Assembly (NCBI GenBank): GCA_963695635.1
Contig: CAVOHK010000009.1
Span: forward strand, 72,671 to 136,670
Length of the DNA stretch: 64,000 nucleotides
Origin: an uncultured Acidobacteriota bacterium
GTDB lineage: Bacteria; Acidobacteriota; Vicinamibacteria; Vicinamibacterales; CAVVIG01
Reading direction: 5' to 3'
Positions 18,782 through 28,446 of this stretch are shown piece after piece. How positions within the stretch are numbered: the first letter of the stretch is position 1; each line of letters starts with the position of its first letter. The translations under genes were made by a program, and so were the position numbers. The notes under the pieces were generated by a model. That model worked only from the letters and a program-made list of their open reading frames with translations. It did no database searches and was not told where the DNA came from.

Positions 18782-20956
18782 TTAGCCGGCGCGCCCAGCC
18801 CTCTCGACCCCGAGGACTCCTTCAACGCCCTTGAGGGATTTGATGACCTTCTCGAGGTGTTTCAGGTCGCTGATTTCGACCGTCATGTCGAGGCGGGCGC
18901 GGCGGTCTTCGTCGGTGCGGGCTTCCATGTTCTTGATGTTGGTGTTGAGGTCCGCGATCTTGGCGCTGACCGCGGCCAGCAATCCTTTCCGATCCTCAAC
19001 TTCCATCGTCAGCTTGACGGTATAGCGCGCGGCGGTGTCGGTGCTGGTGGTCTTGTCCCACTCGACTTCAATCCGCCGCTCGGGGTCGTAGAGCAGATTC
19101 ACGACGTTCGGGCAGGTTGCCGAGTGGACCGACACACCTTTGCCGCGCGTGATGTACCCCACAATCTTTTCCCCACGAATTGGATTGCAGCAGCGCGCGC
19201 GGAACACCATCAGATCGTCGAACCCGCGCACCTTGATCTTTTCTTCGCCCGTACCCAGGACGCGGCGGACCACCGAGGTGACCGGACCGTCCGGCGGCTT
19301 TTCCCGCAGCTTGTCGTCGGGAACGATCTTGACGAATACCTGCCGCGGCTGAAGTTTGCCGTAGCCGATCGCGGCGAACACGTCCTCGGCCTTCTGGACG
19401 CCCAGCTCCGACAACACGTTGGCAAACTCCGGCGTCTCGAGCAGCGTCTTCGGATTCAGGTCGAAGCGCCGCGCCTCTTTCTCGAACACCTTGCGTCCGA
19501 GGTCGATCGATCGCGCTTTCTCTTCGCGCCGGATCCAGTGCTTGATTTCGTAGCGCGCGTGCGAGGTGACGACGAAATTCAGCCAATCGCGGCTTGGCTG
19601 GTGTCCGTTCTGCGTCACCACTTCGACGATGTCGCCATTTTTCAGCAGGCTGCGCAGCGGCACCATCTTGCCGTTGATCCGCGCGCCGACGCATCGATGG
19701 CCGACATCGGTGTGGATCGAATAGGCGAAGTCGATCACGGTCGCGCCGCGTGGAAACGACTTGACCAGCCCTTTCGGGGTGAAGGCGTAGACATCCTCCG
19801 GATAGAGCTCGACCTTGAGGTTCTGGATGAACTCGCCGGCGTCGCGCACGTCTTTCTGAATGTCGAGCAGCTGGCGCATCCAACGGAAATACCGCTCGTC
19901 GCGCTGGTCGTCGCCGCCGCGCCCTTCCTTGTATTTCCAGTGCGCCGCGATGCCTTCCTCGGCCATCCGGTGCATCTCGATAGTGCGAATCTGCACTTCG
20001 AACGGCGTGCCGTGCGCGCTGATCACCGAGGTGTGGAGCGACTGGTAGCCGTTCGGGCGCGGCATCGCGATGAAGTCCTTGATTCGGCCCGGCACCGGCG
20101 ACCAGGTTTGATGAATGATGCCGAGCACGGCGTAGCAATCTTTCACGCTGTTGGTGATGATCCGCAGCGCGATGAAGTCGTAGACCTGCTCGAGCTCGAT
20201 CTTCTGTTTTTTCAGCTTCTGGCTGATGCTCCACAGGCGCTTGATGCGGCCATCGATTTCAACGATTGGCACCTGCGCATCGGCGAGCTTGGCGGTGACC
20301 TGCTGCTTGAGCTCCTCGATCAGCCCTTCGGTCTGCCGGCGTTTTGCGTCGACGCGGATGCGCAGCGCCTCGTAGGTCTGCGGCTCGAGATACTTGAACG
20401 ACAGCTCCTCGAGTTCGTTCTTGACCTTGCTCATGCCGAGCCGGTTGGCAATCGGCGCGTAGATGTCGCGCGTCTCCTGGGCAATCTTCACGCGCTTGTC
20501 GTCGGGAAGGTGGCTCAAGGTGCGCATGTTGTGCAGGCGGTCGGCAAGCTTGACGAGAATCACGCGGATGTCGTCAACCATCGCCAGCAGCATCTTGCGG
20601 AAGTTCTCGGCCTGACGCTCCTCGCTCGAGGCAAACGGCATCGCGCTGATCTTGGTGACCCCTTCGACGACATGAGCGACGTCCTTGCCGAACAGCTCCT
20701 CGATCCGCTCGACCGTGGTCAGGGTGTCTTCGACGACGTCGTGGAGGAGCCCGGCGGCAATCGCCACCGCATCGAGCTTCATGTCCGCGAGGAAGTCCGC
20801 AACTGCTAGTGGGTGGATGAGGTATGGTTCGCCGGAATGGCGTACCTGTCCGCGATGCTCGAACGCCGAGAAGACGTAGGCGCGCCTCAGCAGCTCGACG
20901 TCAGCATCCGGGCTGTAGACCCGGACTTTTTCCAGCAAATCCTCGAAGCGAATCAT
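18782..20956 (-). CDS. relA: Bifunctional (p)ppGpp synthetase/hydrolase, RelA/SpoT (Rel) family
   Basis: 724 aa with an HD domain (HRGQVRHSGEPYLIHPLAVA), a synthetase domain, and TGS and C-terminal ACT regions. Confidence 0.95.
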   Translation of the reverse strand: MIRFEDLLEKVRVYSPDADVELLRRAYVFSAFEHRGQVRHSGEPYLIHPLAVADFLADMKLDAVAIAAGLLHDVVEDTLTTVERIEELFGKDVAHVVEGVTKISAMPFASSEERQAENFRKMLLAMVDDIRVILVKLADRLHNMRTLSHLPDDKRVKIAQETRDIYAPIANRLGMSKVKNELEELSFKYLEPQTYEALRIRVDAKRRQTEGLIEELKQQVTAKLADAQVPIVEIDGRIKRLWSISQKLKKQKIELEQVYDFIALRIITNSVKDCYAVLGIIHQTWSPVPGRIKDFIAMPRPNGYQSLHTSVISAHGTPFEVQIRTIEMHRMAEEGIAAHWKYKEGRGGDDQRDERYFRWMRQLLDIQKDVRDAGEFIQNLKVELYPEDVYAFTPKGLVKSFPRGATVIDFAYSIHTDVGHRCVGARINGKMVPLRSLLKNGDIVEVVTQNGHQPSRDWLNFVVTSHARYEIKHWIRREEKARSIDLGRKVFEKEARRFDLNPKTLLETPEFANVLSELGVQKAEDVFAAIGYGKLQPRQVFVKIVPDDKLREKPPDGPVTSVVRRVLGTGEEKIKVRGFDDLMVFRARCCNPIRGEKIVGYITRGKGVSVHSATCPNVVNLLYDPERRIEVEWDKTTSTDTAARYTVKLTMEVEDRKGLLAAVSAKIADLNTNIKNMEARTDEDRRARLDMTVEISDLKHLEKVIKSLKGVEGVLGVERAGRAG

Positions 20957-21000
20957 GAAAAATGGTGTCTAAACCCCTGTCAAACGTCGGCAAGCGCGCC

Positions 21001-21030
21001 TTGACGTACGTTTTTCTGCTTCACTATACT
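21001..21030 (+). promoter_or_regulatory. Candidate sigma70-type promoter for the TPR lipoprotein gene
   Basis: TTGACG-18 nt-TATACT, about 80 nt upstream of the ATG at 21111. Confidence 0.45.
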
Positions 21031-21110
21031 GGCCCGGTTTTGGCTTCGGCAATTTTCTCGCCTGTTTCACGCGCGCTCCGGGGGGCAGGGGTTCCCGGAT
21101 TGGGGGATGA

Positions 21111-22079
21111 ATGCGATCTTTAGCGGGAACATCGCTCGTCATGGCGATGCTGGCCCTGGGTTTCGTCGGCTGCGGGAAGGTTGGCGAACTGAAGGCAATG
21201 AAGGCGTTCAAGGCAGCCAACGCGGCATATCAGCAGCAGGACTATAAGAAAGCGGTCCCGCTCTACGAAGAGGCCATCGCTTCGGCTCCTGAAACGCAAG
21301 CCGCGCACCAGGCATATTTCTTTCTCGGCAACAGCTACGACCAGCAGTTCAAGCCGAGCAAGAAAGGCGAAGCCGACAACGACGCGCTGCTGACCAAAGC
21401 AGTCGATAACTACGCGAAAGCCGCCGAGACGCTGTCTGCCTCGAATGATGCCGGCGACAAAAAACTCGGGAAGTTGTCGCTCGAATATCTGGTTGCCGCT
21501 TACGGCGCCGACAAGTTGAACGACCCTTCCAAAGCGGAACCGGTTCTTCAGAAAATGATCCAGGCCGAACCGGGCGAACCGACCACCTACTTCCAGCTCG
21601 CCAAGCTGTACGAAGACGCCGGTGTCTATGACGCCGCGGAGAAGATGTATCTGGCCGGCAAAGACGCCAAACCGGCGTCGTCTGATGGCTACATGCAGGT
21701 AGCGGGCTATTACAACCGTCAAGGTCAATTCGACAAGACAATTGATGCACTCGAGCAGCGCGCGCAGCGCGAGCCGAACAACCCCGAGGCGTTCTATACC
21801 ATCTCGACCTTCTACTGGGACAAAGCCTTCCGCGACGCCCGCCTGAAGGAAGCCGAGAAAAAGGAATTCGTGCTGAAGGGCATCGAAGCGGTCGATCACG
21901 CGATTCAGATCAAGCCTGACTACGCCGAGGCGCTCGTCTACAAGGGCCTGTTGCTTCGTCTTGAAGCCAACATGGAGAAGGATCCGGCGAAGCAGAAGCA
22001 ACTGCTGCAAGACGCCGACAAGCTGCGCGACAAGGCCAACGATCTGCGCAAGCAAAAGGCCGCCGGCGCGACCGACTGA
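21111..22079 (+). CDS. Tetratricopeptide-repeat lipoprotein
   Basis: Signal peptide with a lipobox-like LGFVGC, then TPR-like repeats (AYQQQDYKKAVPLYEEAI...). Confidence 0.75.
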   Translation: MRSLAGTSLVMAMLALGFVGCGKVGELKAMKAFKAANAAYQQQDYKKAVPLYEEAIASAPETQAAHQAYFFLGNSYDQQFKPSKKGEADNDALLTKAVDNYAKAAETLSASNDAGDKKLGKLSLEYLVAAYGADKLNDPSKAEPVLQKMIQAEPGEPTTYFQLAKLYEDAGVYDAAEKMYLAGKDAKPASSDGYMQVAGYYNRQGQFDKTIDALEQRAQREPNNPEAFYTISTFYWDKAFRDARLKEAEKKEFVLKGIEAVDHAIQIKPDYAEALVYKGLLLRLEANMEKDPAKQKQLLQDADKLRDKANDLRKQKAAGATD

Positions 22080-22110
22080 TATCACGCCGCGCTACAACGC
22101 TTTGGATCGA

Positions 22111-22143
22111 GGGCTGTCGGGTTGCACCCGGCAGCCCTTTTTT
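22111..22143 (+). terminator. Rho-independent terminator
   Basis: gggctgtcggg-ttgca-cccggcagccc followed by tttttt. Confidence 0.75.
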
Positions 22144-22276
22144 GCATTGTCGTCACGCGTCCACAAGGTAGAATTGCTGGTCTTTTTCTTCTCTTCCAAT
22201 CTGTCTGATCTGCCGGTTGCATAGTGTGCAGCCGCCCCGAATGTGGGTGGCCGATGCTTATTCAGGAGTGAGATCT

Positions 22277-25200
22277 ATGAAGCGTGTTTCTCTCGTCCTA
22301 CTGATGTTGGGCGGGCTGTTATTTCCCAGCCGGACGTTCGCGCAAGGCGTGACCACCGGCGCCATCAACGGCGTGGTGAGTGACGCGCAGGGCGCAGTCA
22401 TTCCGGGCGCCAGTGTCACCGCAACGCACGTGCCGTCAGGCACGACCTACGAAGCGGTCACGCAGGGTGATGGACGATTCTTCATGCCGGGCGTGCGGGT
22501 TGGCGGACCGTACAAGGTTTCCGCGTCGCTCACCGGGTTCAACACCGAGACGCAGAACGATATCCAGGTGTCGCTCGGCGTCGCCGCCGATTTGAACTTC
22601 AAGCTGAAGCTGGCGACGATTGCTGAAGAAGTCACGGTCATCGGCCACACCGATCCGGTGTTCAGCTCGGGCCGCACTGGCGCCGCAACCGCCGTCCTGC
22701 GCGAGGATCTCGCGTCGCTGCCGACCGTGACGGGCCGCATCACCGACATCACGCGGCTCACGCCGCAGTACGGCGGCAGCGGCACGTTCGCCGGTCAGGA
22801 CAACCGCGCCAACAACGTCACGGTGGACGGGTCGTACTTCAACAACTCGTTCGGTCTCGGCGTCACGACCGGCGGCATCGGCGACCGCACCGGCGTCGCG
22901 CCGATCTCGCTCGAAGCGATTGAACAAATCCAGGTGAACGTCGCGCCGTACGACGTCCGTCAGGGCAGCTTCACCGGCGCCGGCATCAACACGGTCACGC
23001 GCAGCGGGACGAACAAGATCACGGCCTCGGCGTACTACCGAACGCGCAACGAGGACTGCTCGGACGTGACGAAGGTGGACACCTGCTCCGGATTCGTCGG
23101 CACGACGGCGTCCGACCAGCGCTTCAATCCCGGAAACTTCAAGACGAAGACGAAGGGGGTGTGGGCCGGCGGTCCGATCATCAAGAACCGGATGTTCGCG
23201 TTCGGCGCCTACGAAAAACAGGAAGACGTGCGGCCGCTGACGACGTTCACGTCGAATCCCGGCGGAGCGCCGGTTGCCGGCAACACCACGCGCGTGCTCG
23301 CGTCCGATCTCACCGCGCTCAGTTCGTTCCTGTCGGCGCGGTTCAACTACGACACCGGCCCGTTCGACAACGTTCAGAAGATCACGCCGGCGAAGCCCTG
23401 GATGCTCAAGGGCGACTACAACGTCAACAGCGCCAACAAGGTCACCTTCCGCTACAACCAGCTCGACTCGAAGAGTCCGATTCTTCAGAACGGATCGTCC
23501 GCGCTCGGCACCCTCGGCCGGCAGACCAACTCGATAAACTACCTCAGTTACCAGAGTTCGAACTACGCGATCCTCGAGAACCTGAAGTCCGGCATCGGCG
23601 AATGGAACTCGGTCTTCGGGACGATGACGAATAACCTGCTGATCGGCTACACGAAACAGGACGAGAGCCGTGATGCGATCCAGCTGTTTCCGTACGTGGT
23701 CATTAGCGACGGCGCCGGCAGTCCGTACACGTCGTTCGGGTCGGAACCGTTCACGCCCTTCAACCTGCTCCGCTACGGCACGTTTCAGATGCAGGATAGC
23801 GTGACGAAGTTCGCCAAGAACCACTCGCTCACCTTCGGCGGCACCGTCGAGAAGTTCCATTCGGACAATTCGTTCTATTTCGGCATCCAGAGCGCGTACG
23901 CCTACAACACGCTCGCGGACTTCTACGCGGACGCGAACGGATACCTCGCCAATCCGAACCGGACCGTGTCACCGGTCAACCTCCTCGGGTTCCAGGTCAA
24001 GTACCTGCTACAGCCCGGCCAGACGACGCCGCCGATGCAGCCGCTCGACGTCCTCTACGCGGGCGGGTACATCCAGGACGAGTGGCGGCCGCGGTCGAAC
24101 GTCACGGTGACCGGCGGCGTGCGCATCGACGTGCCGAGGTTCGGCGACACCGCGTTCAACAACCCGGCCGCCAACGCGCTGACCTTCCGCGATCAGGACG
24201 GCTCGTCGGTGCACTACAACACCGGGGCGCTGCCGGAAACGACCGCCTACTGGTCGCCGCGGGTCGGTATGAACTGGGACGTGAACGGCAACCAGAAGAC
24301 GCAGGTCCGTGGCGGATCGGGTCTGTTCTCGGGCAAGCCGCCGTACGTCTGGATTTCGAACCAGATCGGCAACACGGGCGTGCTCTACGGGTTCATCGAC
24401 ACGCGCAGCACGACGGCCTACCCGTTCAATCCCAACCCCGACAAGTACAAGCCGACCGCGACGGGCGGCACGGCGGCGAGCTACGAGCTCAACGTCACCG
24501 ACCAGAGCTTCCGCTTCCCACAGACGTGGCGGACCAATATCGGCGCCGACCGTAAGCTGCCCTGGGGTCTCGTCGGATCGCTCGACTACATCTACAACCG
24601 CGACCTGAACGCGCCGGTCTACGTCAACGCGAATCTGCCGGCACCTGAAGGCGCCTACACGGGCGTCGATAACCGGCCGCGGTGGGCGTCCACCACGCCC
24701 GGCGCCGCGCTCGCGCCCGGCATCACCGTGGGGCTTCCGACCTGCGCGGCCACCGGTCAGGCGGGTCCCTGCTTTACGCGGTTGAACAACGCTGTGGGCA
24801 ACCAGATCACAAACGCCTACGTGATCAAGAACCAGAGCCAGAACCGTTCATGGAACCTCTCGGGGGCGGTGACGAAGATCATGACCCGCGGTTTCATGTT
24901 CAGAGGCGGCTTCAATTACGGCGAGTCCAGAAGCCTCGTCGAGCCGTCGTCGACGGCGGGCACGTCGTGGGGCCTTTCGAACCCAATTTCCAGAGACCCG
25001 AACAACCCGGATCTCGCGTTCTCGACCAACTCTCCTGGAAAGCGCGTGTTCTTCGCGGCCACCTATAGCAAGTCGTACTTCTCGTGGGGCACGACCAGCT
25101 TCTCTGCGTTCTACGACGGTCACACGAACGGCAGCACGAGCTACGTGTTCGCGGGCGACGCCAACGGCGACACGGTGTCGGGCAACGACCTGATCTACAT

Positions 25201-25669
25201 CCCGCTCAACACGTCGGAGATGAACTTCAGGCCGCTGACCGTCAGCGGCCGCAGCTACACTGCCGCCGAGCAGGCCTCGGCGTTCGAGCAGCTGATCCAG
25301 GCAGATAGCTACCTCAGCTCCCGCCGCGGTAAGTACGCGGAGCGCGGGGCGGTGTTCCTCCCGATCGTCAATCGCATCGACCTGAGCCTCACGCAGGACG
25401 TCTTCACGACGATCGGCGGCAGGAAGCACGGGGGACAGATTCGGCTCGACATCACGAACTTCGGGAACATGCTCAACCACGACTGGGGCATCGGCAGCCG
25501 TCTGGTGAACAGCCAGATTCTGACGGCCCCGCAGGCTGACGCCGCCGGCCGCCTCAGTTACAACCTGCAGAACGTGAGCGGCAACCTGATCACGACGCCG
25601 TTCCAGACGTCAGCGGGGATCGCGGACGTCTACGTGATGATGCTGAGTTTCCGCTATACGTTCCAGTAG
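22277..25669 (+). CDS. TonB-dependent receptor with N-terminal carboxypeptidase-regulatory-like domain
   Basis: MKRVSLVLLMLGGLLFPSRTFAQG signal peptide after CAGGAG. CarboxypepD_reg-like GAINGVVSDAQGAVIPGASVTATH...GDGRFFMPGVRVGGPYKV. Long barrel ending in SFRYTFQ. Confidence 0.9.
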   Translation: MKRVSLVLLMLGGLLFPSRTFAQGVTTGAINGVVSDAQGAVIPGASVTATHVPSGTTYEAVTQGDGRFFMPGVRVGGPYKVSASLTGFNTETQNDIQVSLGVAADLNFKLKLATIAEEVTVIGHTDPVFSSGRTGAATAVLREDLASLPTVTGRITDITRLTPQYGGSGTFAGQDNRANNVTVDGSYFNNSFGLGVTTGGIGDRTGVAPISLEAIEQIQVNVAPYDVRQGSFTGAGINTVTRSGTNKITASAYYRTRNEDCSDVTKVDTCSGFVGTTASDQRFNPGNFKTKTKGVWAGGPIIKNRMFAFGAYEKQEDVRPLTTFTSNPGGAPVAGNTTRVLASDLTALSSFLSARFNYDTGPFDNVQKITPAKPWMLKGDYNVNSANKVTFRYNQLDSKSPILQNGSSALGTLGRQTNSINYLSYQSSNYAILENLKSGIGEWNSVFGTMTNNLLIGYTKQDESRDAIQLFPYVVISDGAGSPYTSFGSEPFTPFNLLRYGTFQMQDSVTKFAKNHSLTFGGTVEKFHSDNSFYFGIQSAYAYNTLADFYADANGYLANPNRTVSPVNLLGFQVKYLLQPGQTTPPMQPLDVLYAGGYIQDEWRPRSNVTVTGGVRIDVPRFGDTAFNNPAANALTFRDQDGSSVHYNTGALPETTAYWSPRVGMNWDVNGNQKTQVRGGSGLFSGKPPYVWISNQIGNTGVLYGFIDTRSTTAYPFNPNPDKYKPTATGGTAASYELNVTDQSFRFPQTWRTNIGADRKLPWGLVGSLDYIYNRDLNAPVYVNANLPAPEGAYTGVDNRPRWASTTPGAALAPGITVGLPTCAATGQAGPCFTRLNNAVGNQITNAYVIKNQSQNRSWNLSGAVTKIMTRGFMFRGGFNYGESRSLVEPSSTAGTSWGLSNPISRDPNNPDLAFSTNSPGKRVFFAATYSKSYFSWGTTSFSAFYDGHTNGSTSYVFAGDANGDTVSGNDLIYIPLNTSEMNFRPLTVSGRSYTAAEQASAFEQLIQADSYLSSRRGKYAERGAVFLPIVNRIDLSLTQDVFTTIGGRKHGGQIRLDITNFGNMLNHDWGIGSRLVNSQILTAPQADAAGRLSYNLQNVSGNLITTPFQTSAGIADVYVMMLSFRYTFQ

Positions 25670-25683
25670 ATAGATAGATACTG

Positions 25684-25748
25684 GAATTTGAGGATTTGAG
25701 GATCTGAGAATTTGAGGATCTGAAGAATCTATCGATGTGAGGATCTGG
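25684..25748. repeat. Octamer array GAGGATYT
   Basis: gaatttgaggatttgaggatctgagaatttgaggatctgaagaatct...gtgaggatctgg. The reverse-complement version occurs at 61556-61616. Confidence 0.8.
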
Positions 25749-25780
25749 CCGGCGCCCAAAACGCGCCGGCCTTTTCTTTT
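25747..25780 (+). terminator. Rho-independent terminator of the TonB-dependent receptor gene
   Basis: ggccggcgc-ccaaaac-gcgccggcc followed by ttttctttt. Confidence 0.8.
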
Positions 25781-25788
25781 AGCATCAA

Positions 25789-25870
25789 ACGTTTTGTACT
25801 GACTTTACCCGTGATCTCCGTTGCTCTGTTTCTCCGTGTTGAACCCGTGTCTCCGTCCAACTCCGTTACA
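25789..25870. repeat. CTCCGTTG / GTGTTGAACCCGTG repeat unit, solo copy
   Basis: tttgtactgactttacccgtgatctccgttgctctgtttctccgtgttgaacccgtgtctccgt. It is a direct repeat of 26946-27020. Confidence 0.8.
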
Positions 25871-26219
25871 CGTCACGCGCAGCCTCGCCACCGGCCGGCC
25901 CGTAGAACACCCGCCAGACTGTGAGATCGGCGCTGTGTTCGAGGAACTGATGCTCCACACCGGCGGCGACGAACAACAGGTCGCCGGCCTCGAATGGGTC
26001 ACGCTTCTGGTCGTGCAACAGCACGCCTCGACCGCTGACGATCACGTAAATCTCGTCCTGCGAGTGCGGCGATTGCTGTTTCGGAGTGATCGGAACGGAT
26101 AGCGCGACGTCGAGGGTTCCGCACTGGAAGAGGCCAACTGCATGTTCACCCGCGGGCCCAGGGATTCGCTTCCGGGCCTCGGCGAGATGGATCACTTGGC
26201 TTCGAGTACTCGAGGTCAC
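25866..26219 (-). CDS. Cupin domain protein
   Basis: 117-aa ORF with a cupin-like core (SPHSQDEIYVIVSGRGVLLHDQKRDPFEAGDLLFVAAGVEHQF). Confidence 0.7.
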   Translation of the reverse strand: MTSSTRSQVIHLAEARKRIPGPAGEHAVGLFQCGTLDVALSVPITPKQQSPHSQDEIYVIVSGRGVLLHDQKRDPFEAGDLLFVAAGVEHQFLEHSADLTVWRVFYGPAGGEAARDV

Positions 26220-26299
26220 GATTCGCTCCTGCCGCTGGACAGCGGGCCGATCGCTGCCAGCGTCGGATTAGTATGCTCGTAGCGCCGCGAGTCTCGACG

Positions 26300-26848
26300 T
26301 TAGCCGCCGACGCGGGCGTATCCGCGCATCTGTAGATTCACCATCGTGGTCATCGCCCACAGGTCAGCCTGGACGCCCGGCAGGAGCTGCGATGGATCGA
26401 CTTTCTTGCCGAGTAGTCCCTGACCGCACACGCGCAGTTCGACTCCAGCCTGTTTCAGCTCGGCGAGCGCCGCAATGTTCGGGTTGTCGGTACCGTTGTG
26501 CCGCGATTTGTAAACGTCATTCGCCAGCACGGCGTCGCCGCCGCCCTGGTGGAAGACAGCCACGATGTGGCGATGGTTGGCCGGCACGCCGTTATGGGCG
26601 AGCGTGTTCAGGTAGAGGCCAATCGTTTTCAGCGTCGGGTGGACTTCGTTATCCTTGGCGTTGGCCGCCACGGAGAACACCACCTTATAGTCGATCGTCG
26701 GATCGGGCAGTTCCTTGGCGCCCGAAAAGTCTTTCGCCGCAGCCGCGCTTGCGACCGGCAATTTCGACTCGGTCTGCGTCCAGCCCCGCCCGGCGTAACC
26801 AACAACCACTCCCGCGGCCAGCACCAGCGTGATGACACTCTTCTGCAT
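26300..26848 (-). CDS. DsrE/DsrF-like family protein with signal peptide
   Basis: MQKSVITLVLAAGVVVGYA signal peptide after GGGAGG. DsrE-like core ...YKVVFSV...IVAVFHQGG...LRVCGQG. Confidence 0.65.
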   Translation of the reverse strand: MQKSVITLVLAAGVVVGYAGRGWTQTESKLPVASAAAAKDFSGAKELPDPTIDYKVVFSVAANAKDNEVHPTLKTIGLYLNTLAHNGVPANHRHIVAVFHQGGGDAVLANDVYKSRHNGTDNPNIAALAELKQAGVELRVCGQGLLGKKVDPSQLLPGVQADLWAMTTMVNLQMRGYARVGG

Positions 26849-26882
26849 ACCGCCTCCCAGGCGCATACGCTACCTCAATTAG

Positions 26883-27025
26883 AGGAACGGAGGGGACGGA
26901 GAAACGGGTTCAACACGGAGCAACGGAGTAACAGAGAAAAAATCCTTTGTACTGAATTCCCGTGATCTCCGTTGCTCCGTTGCTCCGTGTTGAACCCGTG
27001 CCTCTGTTTCTCCGTTCGTCACCGT
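26883..27025. repeat. Large palindrome built from two inverted copies of the CTCCGTTG / GTGTTGAACCCGTG unit
   Basis: ggagaaacgggttcaacacggagcaacggag ... ctccgttgctccgtgttgaacccgtgcctc. The arms are reverse complements around a spacer of about 30 nt. Confidence 0.85.
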
Positions 27026-27888
27026 CGCTCCTCGTTGCGCGCTTCGATGATCGTGTAGTCGGACGGCACCACGAACAGGTCGTGGGACGGTTCGGCGCGG
27101 CTGACGTTGGCGAGACGGTATTCGACGATGCCGGTGCGCGGGTCGCTGTGACGCGACTGCACCAGGATCCTGAGCGCCGGCGATTCCCAGCGTTCGTCGG
27201 TGATCTCGATCGGCCGGTCGTTGCCGATCCGTCCGACCGGAATCACTTCCACTCGCCGTGTTCCGACCGCTTCAAGGCCTTCAATCTGACGCGTTCCGAG
27301 CGGCTGCGGCAGGTTCGCGACGTTGCCCGGGTTGGAGCTTTGACCACGCCCGCGCGCATTGACTCCTTCGCCGACGCCAGGCGGCGGGGGCGGCGGGGGT
27401 GGTGGCGGCGGCGCGAGCGGGTCCATGATGCTTCCGCGCGCGCCCGGCGCTGAGCGCGGCGGCGGGGGCGATCCTCCCCTGTTGCCTGCGATCGCCGGCA
27501 CGCCCGCGCGTCTGGCCGTTCTCGCCTTCGGATCCAGCGTGTAACTGACAGCCGCGACCGGATCCACGATCAGCACGAACGACAGCTCCTCTTCGCGTGG
27601 CACCAGCCCTCCGAGACCGAGGACCGTCTGCTCGCGCCGTACCCGCCCAGCCCCGTCGCGATAAACGCGCGTGACGGTCGTCCGCTCGATCCGTGTGCCG
27701 TCAGCCAGGACCTGTGTGACCGTAGTGGTCGCTTCAGCAGAGTACGGCGAGTCGCGAACCAATGGCCCGAATGGCGGTTCGACTGCGACGAAATCGATTG
27801 CCGCAGGCCCTCGCGAACGCGTCTCCTGCGCGGCGGCTCCGGCTGCAAGAGCCATCGCACACGCCGCCAACAACAACGTCTGTTTCAC
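27019..27888 (-). CDS. Secreted hypothetical protein with a central Pro-rich segment
   Basis: Signal peptide MKQTLLLAACAMALAAGAAAQ and an internal PPPPPPPPPPP run. Last gene of the ECF sigma operon. Confidence 0.65.
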   Translation of the reverse strand: MKQTLLLAACAMALAAGAAAQETRSRGPAAIDFVAVEPPFGPLVRDSPYSAEATTTVTQVLADGTRIERTTVTRVYRDGAGRVRREQTVLGLGGLVPREEELSFVLIVDPVAAVSYTLDPKARTARRAGVPAIAGNRGGSPPPPRSAPGARGSIMDPLAPPPPPPPPPPPGVGEGVNARGRGQSSNPGNVANLPQPLGTRQIEGLEAVGTRRVEVIPVGRIGNDRPIEITDERWESPALRILVQSRHSDPRTGIVEYRLANVSRAEPSHDLFVVPSDYTIIEARNEERR

Positions 27889-27954
27889 ATTGCTACCCTC
27901 CTGCCCTTCATCCGCTGCATGCCCTTCTCGCCGCTGCTGCTGCGTTTGCGCCTC

Positions 27955-28446
27955 CTAGGGCGCAGCCGCCTGCGCCGGCCGCACGAACCGGACGGCGCGC
28001 GCGAGACCGTCTTCGCCGACCAATACCTCGGCAACGACGGTCTGCGTTTCGATGTACGGCGCGGCATCAGCCGTGATCAAACCGAACGGGATCATCGACG
28101 CGCGCGGCACCGCGAGACGGACGATTTGGGCGCTGGTATACGGCACCGCACCGTACGGCAGCGGCAGAAACGCGGTCGTCACTTCGCCGAGCGGCGTCGA
28201 CGTCAATCGCGGATCTGAAACGTTCGCGGGTCGGCGGACGGCAAGCCACAATGACGTGCCGATCAAGACCGCCAGCGAGGCAGCCATTGCGAGCCCGATC
28301 GCGTGCGCAGCTCCGCTGCGGCGTCGGGCTCGATAACCCGCGCGAAATTCGGCTAACAACGCCGCGCCGGGTTGCAGCGACACCGCGGCGTCCTCGCGCG
28401 CGATATCGCGGAGGGCGCCAATCAACCGATTCCGCTGTTCATCCAC
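27955..28446 (-). CDS. Putative anti-sigma factor (single-pass membrane protein)
   Basis: 163 aa with one TM (AIGLAMAASLAVLIGTSLWLAV). The start overlaps the sigma gene stop by 8 nt. Confidence 0.55.
   Translation of the reverse strand: MDEQRNRLIGALRDIAREDAAVSLQPGAALLAEFRAGYRARRRSGAAHAIGLAMAASLAVLIGTSLWLAVRRPANVSDPRLTSTPLGEVTTAFLPLPYGAVPYTSAQIVRLAVPRASMIPFGLITADAAPYIETQTVVAEVLVGEDGLARAVRFVRPAQAAAP

Noticed and set aside
18857-20809. 650-aa plus-strand ORF antisense to relA/spoT. Similar long shadows include 21120..22085(-), 22436..23860(-), 14122..15189(+), 58081..59037(+) and 62063..63013(+).
   Set aside because: They lie opposite genes with unambiguous conserved products. Their translations are Arg/Asp/His-rich low-information sequence typical of antisense frames in GC-rich DNA.
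25789-27025. Cupin/DsrE cassette considered as a composite transposon or genomic islet
   Set aside because: There is no transposase, integrase or target-site duplication visible. The bounding units belong to the same hairpin-repeat population seen at ordinary gene junctions. It is kept only as a low-interest finding.
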